From Candidatus Gorgyraea atricola (GTDB lineage: Bacteria > Omnitrophota > Gorgyraeia > Gorgyraeales > Gorgyraeaceae), in NCBI GenBank assembly GCA_030765235.1, contig JAVCCW010000025.1:240-64239 (forward strand): a DNA stretch of 64,000 bases, read 5' to 3'. A program made the translations under genes and the position numbers. A model generated the notes under the pieces. That model searched no databases and had not been told where the DNA came from. It saw only the letters and a program-made list of their open reading frames with translations. Shown here piece by piece: positions 45,249-57,331 of the stretch. The stretch's first letter is position 1, and each line of letters opens with the position of its first letter.

Positions 45249-46505
45249 ATGAGCTCTCGGATAAGAATAGAGAAAAAGACTTCCCGAGAGCTCAGTAAAA
45301 TCGTTGTTGTTGGCGGTGGGCCCAGCGCTATGATGGCTGCGATACGCTCTAGCCAGCTAGGCCAGTCCGTAACCCTCCTGGAAAAAAATCCTACTTTAGG
45401 TAAAAAACTTCTCTTAAGCGGCAAAGGCCGTTGTAATCTTACCAATGCGTGTAGTCTGGAAGAATTTCTTGAGAGATTCTCAAAAAGCGGGCCATTCTTA
45501 AGAGATGCTTTTAAGATTTTCTTTAATCAAGAGCTAATGGATTTTTTTGAGGTGAGAGGATTAAAGCTCAAGATAGAGCGGCAAAAAAGGGTCTTTCCTG
45601 TAACTGATGAAGCGGACAGTATCCTTCGAGTGTTAAAGAAAGAACTCTTAGAGAATAAAATTAAGATTATTTATAATACCGCTGTTAATGATATTGTGAT
45701 AAAGAGTGACAAATTTTTGGTTAATTCGATCCTGGCTGATAAGGTAATCCTGGCAACAGGCGGTATCTCTTATGGTTTTACTGGCTCAACAGGCCAAGGC
45801 ATGAAAATAGCTAAAGCGCTAGGCCATCGCATAACTCCTTTAAGGCCAGGTCTTGTGGCATTAGATATAAAAAAGAATTATTCTAAATTCTTGGAGGGTC
45901 TGACATTAAAAAATATACGCCTTCGATTTACCGACGGGAAAAAAGAGATTCTCTCGGATATAGGAGAATTACTTTTTACTAAGACCGGGATCTCAGGTCC
46001 GCTTGTTTTGTCTTTGAGCGGGAAAATAGTGGATTGGCTGGACAAAAAGGGCAGGGTCTATCTCGAAATAGATCTTAAACCTGCGCTATCCCTCGAAAAA
46101 TTAGAAACCAGGCTATTAAGGGAATTCAAGGAGAGCCCCAAAAAGGCTCTCAAAAATACACTTAAAAGTCTTTTGCCTATGAGATTAATCGATGTGTTTT
46201 TGGATATTGCTGGGCTCTTGCCTGATAAAAAAGTTAACCAGGTTACGCAGGATGAGCGAAAAAGAATCGCCATGTTATTAAAGGCCCTGCGCTTTGAGAT
46301 CAAAGGGTCACGCCCCATAAAAGAGGCAATGGTCACACGTGGAGGCGTATCTTTAAAGGACATTGACCCGCGCACTATGCAGTCCCGCATCATTAAGGGC
46401 CTATACTTTGCCGGTGAGATCATAGACATAGACGCAGACACAGGCGGCTTTAACCTACAAGCAGCATTCTCCACAGGCTACCTAGCTGGTCAAACCCTTC
46501 CTTGA
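45249..46505 (+). CDS. FAD-dependent oxidoreductase, HI0933-like (BaiN / aminoacetone-oxidase family)
   Basis: Dinucleotide-binding [16 protein letters not shown]; ...GKGRCNLTN...; C-terminal [16 protein letters not shown]. Confidence 0.8.
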   Translation: MSSRIRIEKKTSRELSKIVVVGGGPSAMMAAIRSSQLGQSVTLLEKNPTLGKKLLLSGKGRCNLTNACSLEEFLERFSKSGPFLRDAFKIFFNQELMDFFEVRGLKLKIERQKRVFPVTDEADSILRVLKKELLENKIKIIYNTAVNDIVIKSDKFLVNSILADKVILATGGISYGFTGSTGQGMKIAKALGHRITPLRPGLVALDIKKNYSKFLEGLTLKNIRLRFTDGKKEILSDIGELLFTKTGISGPLVLSLSGKIVDWLDKKGRVYLEIDLKPALSLEKLETRLLREFKESPKKALKNTLKSLLPMRLIDVFLDIAGLLPDKKVNQVTQDERKRIAMLLKALRFEIKGSRPIKEAMVTRGGVSLKDIDPRTMQSRIIKGLYFAGEIIDIDADTGGFNLQAAFSTGYLAGQTLP

Positions 46506-46539
46506 AAACAAGAAGCATATCTGTTATCATATTATTCCT

Positions 46540-48291
46540 ATGAAAAATACGTACGATGTTATAGTTATAGGTGCAGGGCATGCTGGGGTGGAGGCGGCTC
46601 TTGTAGCTAACAGGATGAAGGTTAAGACTCTGCTTATTACTATGGATGTGGATAAGATAGGGTATATGTCTTGCAATCCTGCTATTGGTGGCATTGGTAA
46701 GGGCCAGCTGGTAAAGGAGCTGGATGCGTTGGGTGGGGAGATGGCTAAGGCAACGGATTTTAGCGCTATACAGTTTCGTATGCTGAATAAGAAAAAAGGA
46801 CCTGCTGTTTGGTCATCAAGGGCACAGGTGGATCGATCTCTTTATTTAAAGTACATGAAAGATGCAGTAAAAAATATAGATGTTTTAGAAGGCTGCGTGA
46901 CAACTCTTATTATAAAGAATAAAATCGCATGCGGGGTAAAACTTAAAGACGGAAGTTTTATAAAAACCAAGGCAGTTATTCTTACGCCAGGTACATTCTT
47001 AAACGGCGTTATTCACATTGGCCTTGAGCATTTTTCAGGCGGTAGGTTAGGCGATCCAGCGTCTCTGAGCCTTTCAGATAATCTAAGGTCATTAGGTTTT
47101 GATGTATTGCGGCTTAAAACAGGAACCACTGCTCGCTTAGATACAAAGACCATAAAATTTTCTAAAATGAAGAAGCAGCTTGGCGATAATCCTCCAGTCC
47201 CGTTTTCATTCTCAACAAAGAAGATCTCCAGAAAACAACTCCCGTGCTACATTACATATACAAATAAAAAAACGCATGAGATCATCCGCAAAGGCTTGGA
47301 TCGCTCGCCGCTTTATACCGGGAAGATTAAATCCACTGGCGCTAGATATTGTCCGTCAATAGAAGATAAGATAGTACGGTTTAGCGATAGAGATAGACAC
47401 CAGGTATTCCTGGAGCCAGAAGGATTAAAAAAAGATCAGTATTATCCTAATGGAATATCTACGAGCCTGCCACAGGATATACAGCTAAAGATGATTCGGT
47501 CTATCCCTGGGCTTGAAAAGGCAGAAATAAATATACCTGGCTATGGCATAGAATATGATTTTGTAAATCCTACACAGCTAAAGTCAACGCTTGAGACAAA
47601 ACTCATTGAAAATCTTTATCACGCAGGCCAGATCAATGGCACTACTGGTTATGAAGAGGCAGCGGCGCAGGGTTTTATGGCAGGTGTAAACGCGGTGCTT
47701 AAAATAAGAAAAAAAGCACCTTTTATCTTAGATCGTTCACAGGCATATATAGGTGTCCTTATAGATGACCTTGTGACAAGAGGCACGCAGGAACCTTACA
47801 GGATGTTTACATCGCGCGTTGAGCATCGACTTGTCTTAAGGGAAGACAATGCTGATCTAAGGCTGAGTGGAATAGGGCATAATCTAGGCCTTGTGAGTAA
47901 AAAGGACTACGAAAAAGTAGTCTCCAAGAAGATAAATATATCCAATGAGCTTAAAAGGATAAAAAACACAAGAGGTTACTTGCGTACTAGAGGCCTTTCT
48001 AATGAAGAAATGAAGCAAGTAGAGATAGAAGTAAAATATAAAGGTTTTATTGACAGGCAGGCAAAGGAGATCGAGAAGTTTAAGCAAATAGAAAAGATAA
48101 ACATACCAAATAGCTTTAAGTATAAAGGTATACCAGGCCTATCAAAAGAGATCATTGAAAAACTTACCATGGCCAGGCCAATAAATCTTGGCCAGGCCTC
48201 AAGGATCTCAGGCATAACTCCTGTTGCAATCTCAGTTCTAATGGTGTATCTTAAAAGATACAAAGAAACCCTATGCAAAAAGAAACAGTAG
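46540..48291 (+). CDS. mnmG: tRNA uridine 5-carboxymethylaminomethyl modification enzyme MnmG (GidA)
   Basis: [17 protein letters not shown]...; 583 aa. Confidence 0.9.
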   Translation: MKNTYDVIVIGAGHAGVEAALVANRMKVKTLLITMDVDKIGYMSCNPAIGGIGKGQLVKELDALGGEMAKATDFSAIQFRMLNKKKGPAVWSSRAQVDRSLYLKYMKDAVKNIDVLEGCVTTLIIKNKIACGVKLKDGSFIKTKAVILTPGTFLNGVIHIGLEHFSGGRLGDPASLSLSDNLRSLGFDVLRLKTGTTARLDTKTIKFSKMKKQLGDNPPVPFSFSTKKISRKQLPCYITYTNKKTHEIIRKGLDRSPLYTGKIKSTGARYCPSIEDKIVRFSDRDRHQVFLEPEGLKKDQYYPNGISTSLPQDIQLKMIRSIPGLEKAEINIPGYGIEYDFVNPTQLKSTLETKLIENLYHAGQINGTTGYEEAAAQGFMAGVNAVLKIRKKAPFILDRSQAYIGVLIDDLVTRGTQEPYRMFTSRVEHRLVLREDNADLRLSGIGHNLGLVSKKDYEKVVSKKINISNELKRIKNTRGYLRTRGLSNEEMKQVEIEVKYKGFIDRQAKEIEKFKQIEKINIPNSFKYKGIPGLSKEIIEKLTMARPINLGQASRISGITPVAISVLMVYLKRYKETLCKKKQ

Positions 48292-49814
48292 TAGTCCTGG
48301 ATTTTGGCGCACAGTATAACCAGCTCATAGCCCGTCGTGTAAGAGAATGCAATATATACTGTGTACTTCTGCCTTACAATACTTCACTCGCAAAGATAAA
48401 ATCCCTGAAACCCAGCGCGATTATACTCACAGGTGGACCTTCCAGCGTTACAAGGAAAGGTTCTCCAAAGTGCGATTCAAGGATCTTTGGATTAAATGTC
48501 CCTATCTTGGGTATCTGTTATGGTATGCAGTTAATGGGATATTTGCTTGGTGGTAAAGTAGGAAAGAGTAAGCGCCGAGAATATGGCAATGCAGAGCTTA
48601 TTGTAGATAAAAAAGACAAATTCTATTCAGGCTGGAAAAGAAAAGAAAAGATATGGATGAGTCATGGTGATCAGGTGCTAAGGCTGCCAAAGGGTTTTGT
48701 AAGACTTGCTCATACGAAAAACAGTAAGATCGCCAGCATGTTTCATCCTGAGAAAAAGATTTACGGGGTCCAGTTTCATCCAGAGGTAGTGCATACACCA
48801 AAAGGCATGGTTATTTTTAAGAATTTCCTCTATAAGGTCGCTGGCCTTAAACCAACATGGACGATGAAGTCTTTTGTCAGAGAGGCTATCAAGGATATGC
48901 GGGCGAATGTCAAAAAAGAAAAGGTGGTGCTTGGTTTAAGCGGCGGGGTAGACTCTTCTGTGGCAGCAATTCTTTTGCACAAGGCCATTGGCAAGAAATT
49001 ACACTGCATCTTTGTTGATAATGGAGTATTAAGAAAAGATGAAAAGAGGAATGTTATCGAGATGTTTAGAAGGCATTTTCACATGAATCTTCATGTGATA
49101 GATGCAGAGGAGAGATTCCTGAAGGCCTTGAGGGGAGTAGAAGACCCGGAGAAAAAGCGCAAAACAATAGGAAGGGAATTTATCAGGGTCTTTGAAAAAG
49201 AGGCACATCGTCTTGGAAAGATAAAGTATTTAGCGCAGGGCACACTTTATCCTGATGTGATTGAGAGCGTCTCTGCAAAAGGCGGGCCGTCAGCTACAAT
49301 AAAGACGCACCATAATGTAGGGGGCTTGCCCAAAAAGATGGGGTTTAAGCTCATAGAGCCATTAAAGGATTTGTTCAAGGACGAGGTCAGAAGATTAGGA
49401 AAAGAGCTTAGCTTGAGTGATGAGATGGTGTGGAGACAACCTTTTCCAGGTCCTGGCCTTGCTGTAAGGATCATAGGAGATGTTACAAAGGATCGCTTAG
49501 ATATTCTTCGCGAGGCAGATGCGATCGTGCAGGAAGAGATGAAAAAATACCCTGGCTATAAAAACATCTGGCAGTCATTCGCGGTTTTATTGCCAGTAAA
49601 AAGCGTAGGTGTAATGGGCGATGAAAGGACTTACGAAAACGTCTGTGCCATACGAATAGTCACAAGCCTTGACGCAATGACAGCAGACTGGGCCAAGATC
49701 CCCTACGACATCCTAGGCAAGATCTCCAACCGCATCATAAACGAAGCCTCTGGCATAAATCGAGTAGTCTACGACATCTCCTCCAAACCCCCGTCAACAA
49801 TAGAGTGGGAATAA
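48273..49814 (+). CDS. guaA: GMP synthase (glutamine-hydrolysing)
   Basis: GATase ...ILGICYGMQ...; ATP-PPase LSGGVDSSV; C-terminal ...STIEWE. Confidence 0.9.
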   Translation: MQKETVVVLDFGAQYNQLIARRVRECNIYCVLLPYNTSLAKIKSLKPSAIILTGGPSSVTRKGSPKCDSRIFGLNVPILGICYGMQLMGYLLGGKVGKSKRREYGNAELIVDKKDKFYSGWKRKEKIWMSHGDQVLRLPKGFVRLAHTKNSKIASMFHPEKKIYGVQFHPEVVHTPKGMVIFKNFLYKVAGLKPTWTMKSFVREAIKDMRANVKKEKVVLGLSGGVDSSVAAILLHKAIGKKLHCIFVDNGVLRKDEKRNVIEMFRRHFHMNLHVIDAEERFLKALRGVEDPEKKRKTIGREFIRVFEKEAHRLGKIKYLAQGTLYPDVIESVSAKGGPSATIKTHHNVGGLPKKMGFKLIEPLKDLFKDEVRRLGKELSLSDEMVWRQPFPGPGLAVRIIGDVTKDRLDILREADAIVQEEMKKYPGYKNIWQSFAVLLPVKSVGVMGDERTYENVCAIRIVTSLDAMTADWAKIPYDILGKISNRIINEASGINRVVYDISSKPPSTIEWE

Positions 49815-49816
49815 AA

Positions 49817-49856
49817 ATAACTTTACATTTAAAGCAAGACCTTAAATGTAAAGTTA
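49817..49856 (-). repeat. REP-B palindromic element copy 2 (inverted relative to copy 1); bidirectional terminator candidate between the convergent guaA and lpxB genes, containing the lpxB stop codon
   Basis: taactttacatttaa-agcaagacc-ttaaatgtaaagttaa; the loop is the reverse complement of the loop at 9124-9131. Confidence 0.7.
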
Positions 49857-50981
49857 ACTCAGGAATTTTTGGATTAGGTGTGCGGTGCGGTCGGATGCGC
49901 CTGGTGAGCCTAGTTTTTGTTTGACCTGTTTTAGCTCGAGTTTGATTTCGTCCTGGTTTTGGAGTGTTTCTAGAGTTTCTCTTGCTATATTTTTCGCGTT
50001 TACCTGAAACTGTACCAGTTCTGGTACGATCCTTTTTCCTGCCACTACATTTACCAAACCTATATCTGGGATTTTTATCAAATTTCTTGCCAAAAACCAG
50101 GTGATCAGCGATGTCTTGTAGATAATCACCATTGGCTTTTGCATGATGGCTGTTTCGAGCGTGGCGCTTCCAGAAGAGAGGATTACCAAATCAGCTATAT
50201 CCATTATTTCATAGGGCCTGTTTTCGAGTGAATGCGGTTTTATCTTTGAGCGGGCAATAATATTGTTATAAATAGATCTATCCAATTCTTTCCTCCGAGA
50301 AAGTATAAATTCAACATCAGGTAATTTTTCTTTTATGAGCTCGCATGCCTTTAGCATAGAAGGGAGGTGTTTTTCAACCTCTTTTGCGCGAGAACCAGGA
50401 AGGAGCGCAATCTTTTTAGAGTGGTGATTAAGATGCAGGTGCTTTATGGTTTCTTCTTTTTTCCAGCCAGATCTTACTATGTCTAAGAAAGGATGCCCTA
50501 CGAAACTTACCTTTACGCCAGCCTGTTTATATAATTCCTCCTCAAACCCAAATATCACGATCATCTTATCAACGCATTTTTTTATTTCCGCGACTCTCTC
50601 TTTTCCCCACGCCCATATCTGAGGGCTGATGTAATATATTACAGGGATATTTTTTGCTTTCGCCTGTTTTGCGAAACGCATGTTAAATCCTGGGTAGTCT
50701 ACCAGAATAACCGCGTCAGGGCGTCTTGATTCAAGTAGATCGACCAGTTTTTTGAAGAGCTTCTTGAATACGCTGAGATGTTTTATCACCTCTATAAACC
50801 CCACGACTGCGAGCTCGACAATGTCATAGACAATATCGACGCCAGCTTCTTTCATCTTTTTCCCGCCAACGCCGAATATTTCTATGTGGGGATTGAGTGT
50901 TTTAAGGGATCGCGCGAGGTGTGCAGCCTGCAGGTCGCCAGATGCCTCGCCTGCGATGATCATAAGTCGCTTCTTCTTCAT
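49854..50981 (-). CDS. lpxB: Lipid-A-disaccharide synthase
   Basis: MKKKRLMIIAGEASGD... Confidence 0.88.
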   Translation of the reverse strand: MKKKRLMIIAGEASGDLQAAHLARSLKTLNPHIEIFGVGGKKMKEAGVDIVYDIVELAVVGFIEVIKHLSVFKKLFKKLVDLLESRRPDAVILVDYPGFNMRFAKQAKAKNIPVIYYISPQIWAWGKERVAEIKKCVDKMIVIFGFEEELYKQAGVKVSFVGHPFLDIVRSGWKKEETIKHLHLNHHSKKIALLPGSRAKEVEKHLPSMLKACELIKEKLPDVEFILSRRKELDRSIYNNIIARSKIKPHSLENRPYEIMDIADLVILSSGSATLETAIMQKPMVIIYKTSLITWFLARNLIKIPDIGLVNVVAGKRIVPELVQFQVNAKNIARETLETLQNQDEIKLELKQVKQKLGSPGASDRTAHLIQKFLS

Positions 50982-51895
50982 GTTTTTAGCTTTTTTAGGA
51001 TTTTGTGAGCCACTAGTAGAGCGTTATATCCTTCGATCCCTGAGACAGTGGGCCTTTTTTTATTAAGCACGCAGTCCACAAAGGATGAGATCTCTTTCTT
51101 CAAAGGCTGTTCTTTTTTGATATCGATTTTTTTAGAGGAGATCTTATTTTTTATCTTTTTAGAGATCACAGCTTCCTGGTTCATGTAGTCTAAAGAGATA
51201 TAACAGTCTTTTTGAAATATTCGAATCTTACGCAGACTGTCACTTGTCACGCGGCTTGCAGTAAGGTCGCATACAGTGCCGTTTTTAAATCTGAGCCTGG
51301 CATTTGCAATATCCTCATGTTTTGTTAGGATTTTTATGCCTATTGCCTCGATGCTTTCGATCTTTGATTTTATGAGACCTAACACTATATCGATGTCATG
51401 TATCATTAGATCAAGTACCACGCCCACGTCTTTTACGCGCGGACTAAAAGGCCCGAGCCTGTGCACCTCTATAAACTTTGGTTTTGAGGAAAGCCCTTCT
51501 ATCGCCTGTATGGCAGAGTTAAATCGCTCAACATGACCTACCTGCATTATCAGGCGTTTTTTCTTAGCGAGTTTTAATAGCTCTTTGGCCTCTTTAATCG
51601 TTTTTGTGATAGGTTTTTCTATAAGTACAGGTATGCCGCGGTTCAAAAACGACCGAGCGATTTTATAATGGAGGTATGTAGGCGTGACAATGCTTACAGC
51701 GTCCAGGTTTTTCTTAAAAAGCTCCCTATAATCTGAGCACCAAGGTTTTTTTAAGGCATGTGCAATGGATTTTGCCCTGTCTTTGTCATTGTCGCACAGA
51801 CAAACGAGCTCTACATCCTTTAATTCCGAGTATATCCGGGCATGAAGAGAGCCTAATCGCCCTATTCCAACCACTCCAACACGTAGTTTTTTCAT
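50978..51895 (-). CDS. Gfo/Idh/MocA-family NAD-dependent oxidoreductase, possibly a GnnA-like UDP-GlcNAc 3-dehydrogenase
   Basis: Rossmann fold KKLRVGVVGIGRLGSLHA, ...EKP... motif; co-operonic with lpxB; the ORF track extends to 51931 but the Met at 51895 is preferred. Confidence 0.75.
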   Translation of the reverse strand: MKKLRVGVVGIGRLGSLHARIYSELKDVELVCLCDNDKDRAKSIAHALKKPWCSDYRELFKKNLDAVSIVTPTYLHYKIARSFLNRGIPVLIEKPITKTIKEAKELLKLAKKKRLIMQVGHVERFNSAIQAIEGLSSKPKFIEVHRLGPFSPRVKDVGVVLDLMIHDIDIVLGLIKSKIESIEAIGIKILTKHEDIANARLRFKNGTVCDLTASRVTSDSLRKIRIFQKDCYISLDYMNQEAVISKKIKNKISSKKIDIKKEQPLKKEISSFVDCVLNKKRPTVSGIEGYNALLVAHKILKKLKT

Positions 51896-51996
51896 ATCTA
51901 CAATAATAACAAACCTCTCGACAAAAGTCAATGAGAGTGATATAATACCTCAAATCATGCCGAGGTCGAACCTCGGCATTTTTGGGCTATATCATT

Positions 51997-53817
51997 ATGA
52001 GAGAATACTTACGATTTCTAAAATTTCTGAAGCCGCATCTCTGGATTATGGCAGTCGCTTTAGTGTGCATGATTGTCTCATCTGGCATGGGAGGGGTGTC
52101 TCTGGGCATGATCATTCCGCTTGTTGACAATATCCTTGCTGGGAAGACGATATCTATGCCAGGCGTTCAGAGCCCGCCAGAATTTATCATCAGTCTTGTA
52201 GATAAGATCAATACTATACCAAAGGTTGCGCTTCTGAACTGGCTTGTATTGATCATAGCTTTAATATTTCTCATAAAAGAGATATTTTTATTTCTCCATA
52301 CATATCTTATGAGTAAGCTTGGCCAGTCTGTGTTAAGGGATGTAAGATTGACAGTCTATAAAAAGCTTCTTAGTCTTTCAGGAGATTTTTATTCAAGTAT
52401 GCAGACAGGCGAATTGGTCTCAAGGATCACTTTTGATGTAGGGATCATAGTGAATTCTATTACCGAGGGGCTCACAGATCTATTGCTCCAGCCAATACAG
52501 CTTTTGATATACCTTACCATGCTTATATGGATAAAGATATATTTTTCAATTCCAGTGACGCTGATCCTGGTCACCATAGTTGTATTCCCGCTTGTAGCAT
52601 ACCCTGTTATAAAGATAGGCAAAAAACTCAGAAAGATATCTGAGTCTACACAGGAGAGCATGGCGGATATAAACTCTTTATTATTTGAAACAATATACGG
52701 CATAGGCATTGTGAAATCATTTTCAGCAGAAAAATATCAGATAAATAAATTTGCCTCGTACAGTTACCGTTATTACAAAATGCTTCTCAAGTCTGTAAAG
52801 CGCATGGCTATCATAAGTCCCCTTGGCGAGTTCGTGGGTGTAGCGTGCATGGCCATTGTGCTGTATTTTGGCGGCAAAGAGGTGATAGCGGGCCGACTTT
52901 CAGGAGGCGCCTTTATAGCATTCTTAGCAGCGCTTCTTTCTCTTATAAAACCATTTAAGAGATTAAGCAGGCTTTATGGCGTAAATCTTCAGGCCCTTGC
53001 GGCAATAACAAGGGTGTTCAATGTACTCGACAGGGAGCCTACGATAAAAGACAGGCCTGGCGCTATTAAGCTAGTTGGATTTAAAGGTCGCATTGAATTA
53101 AAGGATGTAGATTTTTCGTATGGCGATGGCCCTGGGGTATTGAAAAACATTAATGTGAGTTTGACAAAGGGCAAGATCCTGGCAATAGTGGGACTGAGCG
53201 GCGCTGGAAAGAGCACATTAGTGAACTTACTACCCAGGTTTTATGATCCAAATAGCGGTGCAGTATTGATTGATGGCAAAGATATTAGGGACTTTAACAT
53301 TCCATCTGTTCGTGAACACATAGGCATTGTGTCGCAAGAGACAATACTTTTTAATGACTCGATTCGAAATAACATTGCGTTCGGTAAGCCTGATGCAAGC
53401 ATGGACGACATTATAAAGGCGGCAAAGGCAGCAAACGCCCATGATTTTATTGAAAAGACCTCAGATGGCTATGACACCTTTATAGGCGACAGGGGCATGA
53501 GGCTTTCAGGAGGCGAAAAGCAGCGTATTGCGATCGCAAGAGCACTTTTTAAGGACCCGCCTATACTTATACTTGATGAGGCAACGAGCCAGCTTGATAC
53601 TGAGTCAGAGAGACTTGTCCAGGAGGCAATAGATCGGCTCATGGCGCACAGGACAGTGTTTGTAATTGCGCATAGACTCTCTACTGTTGAACATGCGGAT
53701 AATATAGTGGTGCTTGAAGGCGGCAAGATCATAGAGATAGGCACACACAGGCAATTATTAGAGATCTCAGGCACGTATAAGCGGCTGTATGAGCTGCAGT
53801 TTAAATCCGTCCGATAG
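51997..53817 (+). CDS. msbA: Lipid A export ABC transporter MsbA-like (fused permease and ATPase)
   Basis: 6-TM domain; Walker A GLSGAGKST, signature LSGGEKQR, Walker B ILILDEAT; divergent from the lpxB operon; alternative start at 51982. Confidence 0.85.
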   Translation: MREYLRFLKFLKPHLWIMAVALVCMIVSSGMGGVSLGMIIPLVDNILAGKTISMPGVQSPPEFIISLVDKINTIPKVALLNWLVLIIALIFLIKEIFLFLHTYLMSKLGQSVLRDVRLTVYKKLLSLSGDFYSSMQTGELVSRITFDVGIIVNSITEGLTDLLLQPIQLLIYLTMLIWIKIYFSIPVTLILVTIVVFPLVAYPVIKIGKKLRKISESTQESMADINSLLFETIYGIGIVKSFSAEKYQINKFASYSYRYYKMLLKSVKRMAIISPLGEFVGVACMAIVLYFGGKEVIAGRLSGGAFIAFLAALLSLIKPFKRLSRLYGVNLQALAAITRVFNVLDREPTIKDRPGAIKLVGFKGRIELKDVDFSYGDGPGVLKNINVSLTKGKILAIVGLSGAGKSTLVNLLPRFYDPNSGAVLIDGKDIRDFNIPSVREHIGIVSQETILFNDSIRNNIAFGKPDASMDDIIKAAKAANAHDFIEKTSDGYDTFIGDRGMRLSGGEKQRIAIARALFKDPPILILDEATSQLDTESERLVQEAIDRLMAHRTVFVIAHRLSTVEHADNIVVLEGGKIIEIGTHRQLLEISGTYKRLYELQFKSVR

Positions 53818-53920
53818 CCCCAAAAATGGCTTGCAAAAGCAAAAGCTTGTGATATAATAAAACACCTATAATTTTGAGCATATTTTGTCAAAACTACCAT
53901 AATTAAGAGGAGGTAAGCAC

Positions 53921-54802
53921 GTGGACACAGAATTAATCAAGAAACTTTTGGAAGCAGGTTCCCATTTTGGCCATAACAGGAGCCGCTGGAACCCAAGAAT
54001 GAAGAAGTTTATCTTTGGGGAGCGTTCAAGGATCCATATAATAGATCTTGAAAAGACAGTAGAGTTTATCAATAAGGCCAGGGAGTTTTTAAAAGAGGTA
54101 GCTGCCAAGGGAGAGAAGATCCTTTTTGTCGGTACCAAGAAACAAGCCCAGGACGTCATAACTGAAGCTGCTCAGCGTTCAGGCATGTATTTTGTCAAGA
54201 ATAGATGGCTGGGTGGCACACTCACTAATTTTAAGACGATTCGCAACAGCATAAACCGCCTAAAGGACATCGAGACAATGGAAAAAGATGGAACGTTCGA
54301 AGCCATTACAAAGAAAGAGCGGGCTATTCTTACAAAGGAGATGGAGAAATTAAGAAAAAATCTCCAGGGCATAGTCGAGATGAAAAAGATGCCAGGTGCC
54401 ATGTTTATCGTGGATTCCAAGAAGGAAGACATAGCTGTAAAAGAGGCCAAGAAGCTCGGGATCCCTATAGCGGCTATAATAGATACAAATGCAGATCCTG
54501 ATTTTATTGATTATCCTATACCAGCTAATGACGATGCCATGCGTTCCATAAAGCTTATAACAGATATGATCACAGATGGTATTATGGAGGGTCAGGGCCA
54601 GTTTGATCAATCAGAGGTCGATAAGAAGGCTGTGCAAAAAGAACAGGAGTCGGGGGATAAAAGCGAGCTTATTGAAAAGCCTTCGGAGCTTGCAGAGACA
54701 ATAGAGGAAGAAAAACTGAAGGACAAGGAAAAGGAAGAGAAAAAGACAAAACCAGTTGTTAAAAAGAAACCATATAGACCAAGCAGACCAAAAAACAGAT
54801 GA
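53921..54802 (+). CDS. rpsB: 30S ribosomal protein S2 (GTG start) with a KE-rich C-terminal extension
   Basis: ...[25 protein letters not shown]...; promoter TTGCAA-16-TATAAT at about 53830-53858. Confidence 0.88.
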   Translation: MDTELIKKLLEAGSHFGHNRSRWNPRMKKFIFGERSRIHIIDLEKTVEFINKAREFLKEVAAKGEKILFVGTKKQAQDVITEAAQRSGMYFVKNRWLGGTLTNFKTIRNSINRLKDIETMEKDGTFEAITKKERAILTKEMEKLRKNLQGIVEMKKMPGAMFIVDSKKEDIAVKEAKKLGIPIAAIIDTNADPDFIDYPIPANDDAMRSIKLITDMITDGIMEGQGQFDQSEVDKKAVQKEQESGDKSELIEKPSELAETIEEEKLKDKEKEEKKTKPVVKKKPYRPSRPKNR

Positions 54803-54835
54803 TCCAATTTCTTATAGAAAGGTAAGGTAAGCACG

Positions 54836-56145
<1,310 letters not shown>

Positions 56146-56176
56146 GCCAAACGTCCATATTGAAAAGGAGATAATT

Positions 56177-56740
56177 ATGCTACCCCTCCAAAAGCGCCTT
56201 CATGAAATAGAAGAAAAAATGAAAAAGTCTGTGGATGCGACAGTAAGGGAATTCGCAGAGATTAGGACTGGTCGAGCAAATCCAAGCCTTGTTGAAGGCA
56301 TAATGGTGGATTATTATGGTACAAATACGCCATTGAAACAATTGGCTGGTATATCTGTGCCAGAGCCGCGGCTTATCGCTATTCATCCATGGGATCCTTC
56401 CAGTGTACCTACAATAGAAAAGGCGATCTTAAAATCACAGCTGGGAATAAATCCTGTAAATGACGGAAAGCTCATAAGGATAGCCATACCTTCTCTCACC
56501 AAGGAAAGATGTGCAGAGCTCGGGAAAGTACTGCATAAGATCTCAGAACAAGGCAGGGTCTCTATCAGGACAGTACGCAGGGATGCCATAGACAGTATAA
56601 AGAAGATGGAAGATTCAAAAGAGATCCCGGAAGACGCGCGTTTCAAGGGCCAGGAAGAAGTCCAAAAATTAACAGAGAAATATACAAAGAAGATCGACGA
56701 GCTTTTAAAGAATAAAGAGAAAGAACTTGATACTATATAA
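56177..56740 (+). CDS. frr: Ribosome recycling factor
   Basis: ...FAEIRTGRANPSLVEGIMVDYYG... Confidence 0.9.
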   Translation: MLPLQKRLHEIEEKMKKSVDATVREFAEIRTGRANPSLVEGIMVDYYGTNTPLKQLAGISVPEPRLIAIHPWDPSSVPTIEKAILKSQLGINPVNDGKLIRIAIPSLTKERCAELGKVLHKISEQGRVSIRTVRRDAIDSIKKMEDSKEIPEDARFKGQEEVQKLTEKYTKKIDELLKNKEKELDTI

Positions 56741-56746
56741 TGGTGT

Positions 56747-56823
56747 GGGCCGCTAGCTCATATTGGTAGAGCATCGCCCTTTTAAGGCGGTGGCGCCGCG
56801 TTCGATTCGCGGGCGGCTCACCA
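56747..56823 (+). tRNA. tRNA-Lys (anticodon TTT), CCA encoded
   Basis: Manual fold: acceptor gggccgc/gcggctc (one G:U pair), D-arm gctc...gagc, anticodon stem tcgcc/ggcgg with loop ctTTTaa, T-arm ccgcg-TTCGATT-cgcgg. Confidence 0.8.
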
Positions 56824-56873
56824 TCCTACGCTCAAATAGAGCGAATCTTCGCAGCATGCTACGGATGGCAAGC
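56824..56873 (+). other. Conserved tRNA 3'-trailer element, copy 2
   Basis: About 85% identical to 16443-16492. Confidence 0.55.
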
Positions 56874-56884
56874 CAGAATCAAAG

Positions 56885-57331
56885 ATGACCAAACCTCCTT
56901 ATAAAATCATCGAACATACTGCTGATGTTAGGATAAAGGCGAATGGCCGAACTCTCAAGGAGTTATTCGAGAATGCAGCAAAAGGCATGTTCGGGATCAT
57001 CGGCGGCCCCAGTACCACTCGCTTCGCTCGGGTACGGGGTAAACAAGCACACAGAAAAATAGAGATACAAAAAGACGTTCAGAGTTTTGAAGAATTATTA
57101 GTATATTGGCTGAGCGAGTTATTGTATATTTTTAATAGAGATCAAATAATTTTTAGCAGTTTTAATATTCGAGAATTAGAAAAAAATCGATTAGTCGCTG
57201 AATCCTCAGGCGAGAAAATAGCCCCCGAAAACACCGACCTCCAGACAGAAATCAAGGCAGTCACCTTCCACGACCTTAAAATAGAAAAAAATAACGCAGG
57301 CTTTACCTGCAAAATCATTTTTGATGTATAA
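56885..57331 (+). CDS. Archease (RtcB activator / chaperone)
   Basis: ...YKIIEHTADVRIKA...; overlaps the start of rtcB. Confidence 0.8.
   Translation: MTKPPYKIIEHTADVRIKANGRTLKELFENAAKGMFGIIGGPSTTRFARVRGKQAHRKIEIQKDVQSFEELLVYWLSELLYIFNRDQIIFSSFNIRELEKNRLVAESSGEKIAPENTDLQTEIKAVTFHDLKIEKNNAGFTCKIIFDV

Noticed and set aside
51952-51974. Hairpin atgccgaggt-cgaa-cctcggcat + TTTTT in the msbA 5' region, read as a regulatory attenuator
   Set aside because: It sits in a divergent promoter region and could simply be a terminator or insulator for upstream transcription or a structured 5' UTR. There is no hexaloop or other recognisable riboregulator signature, so it is noted only in passing.
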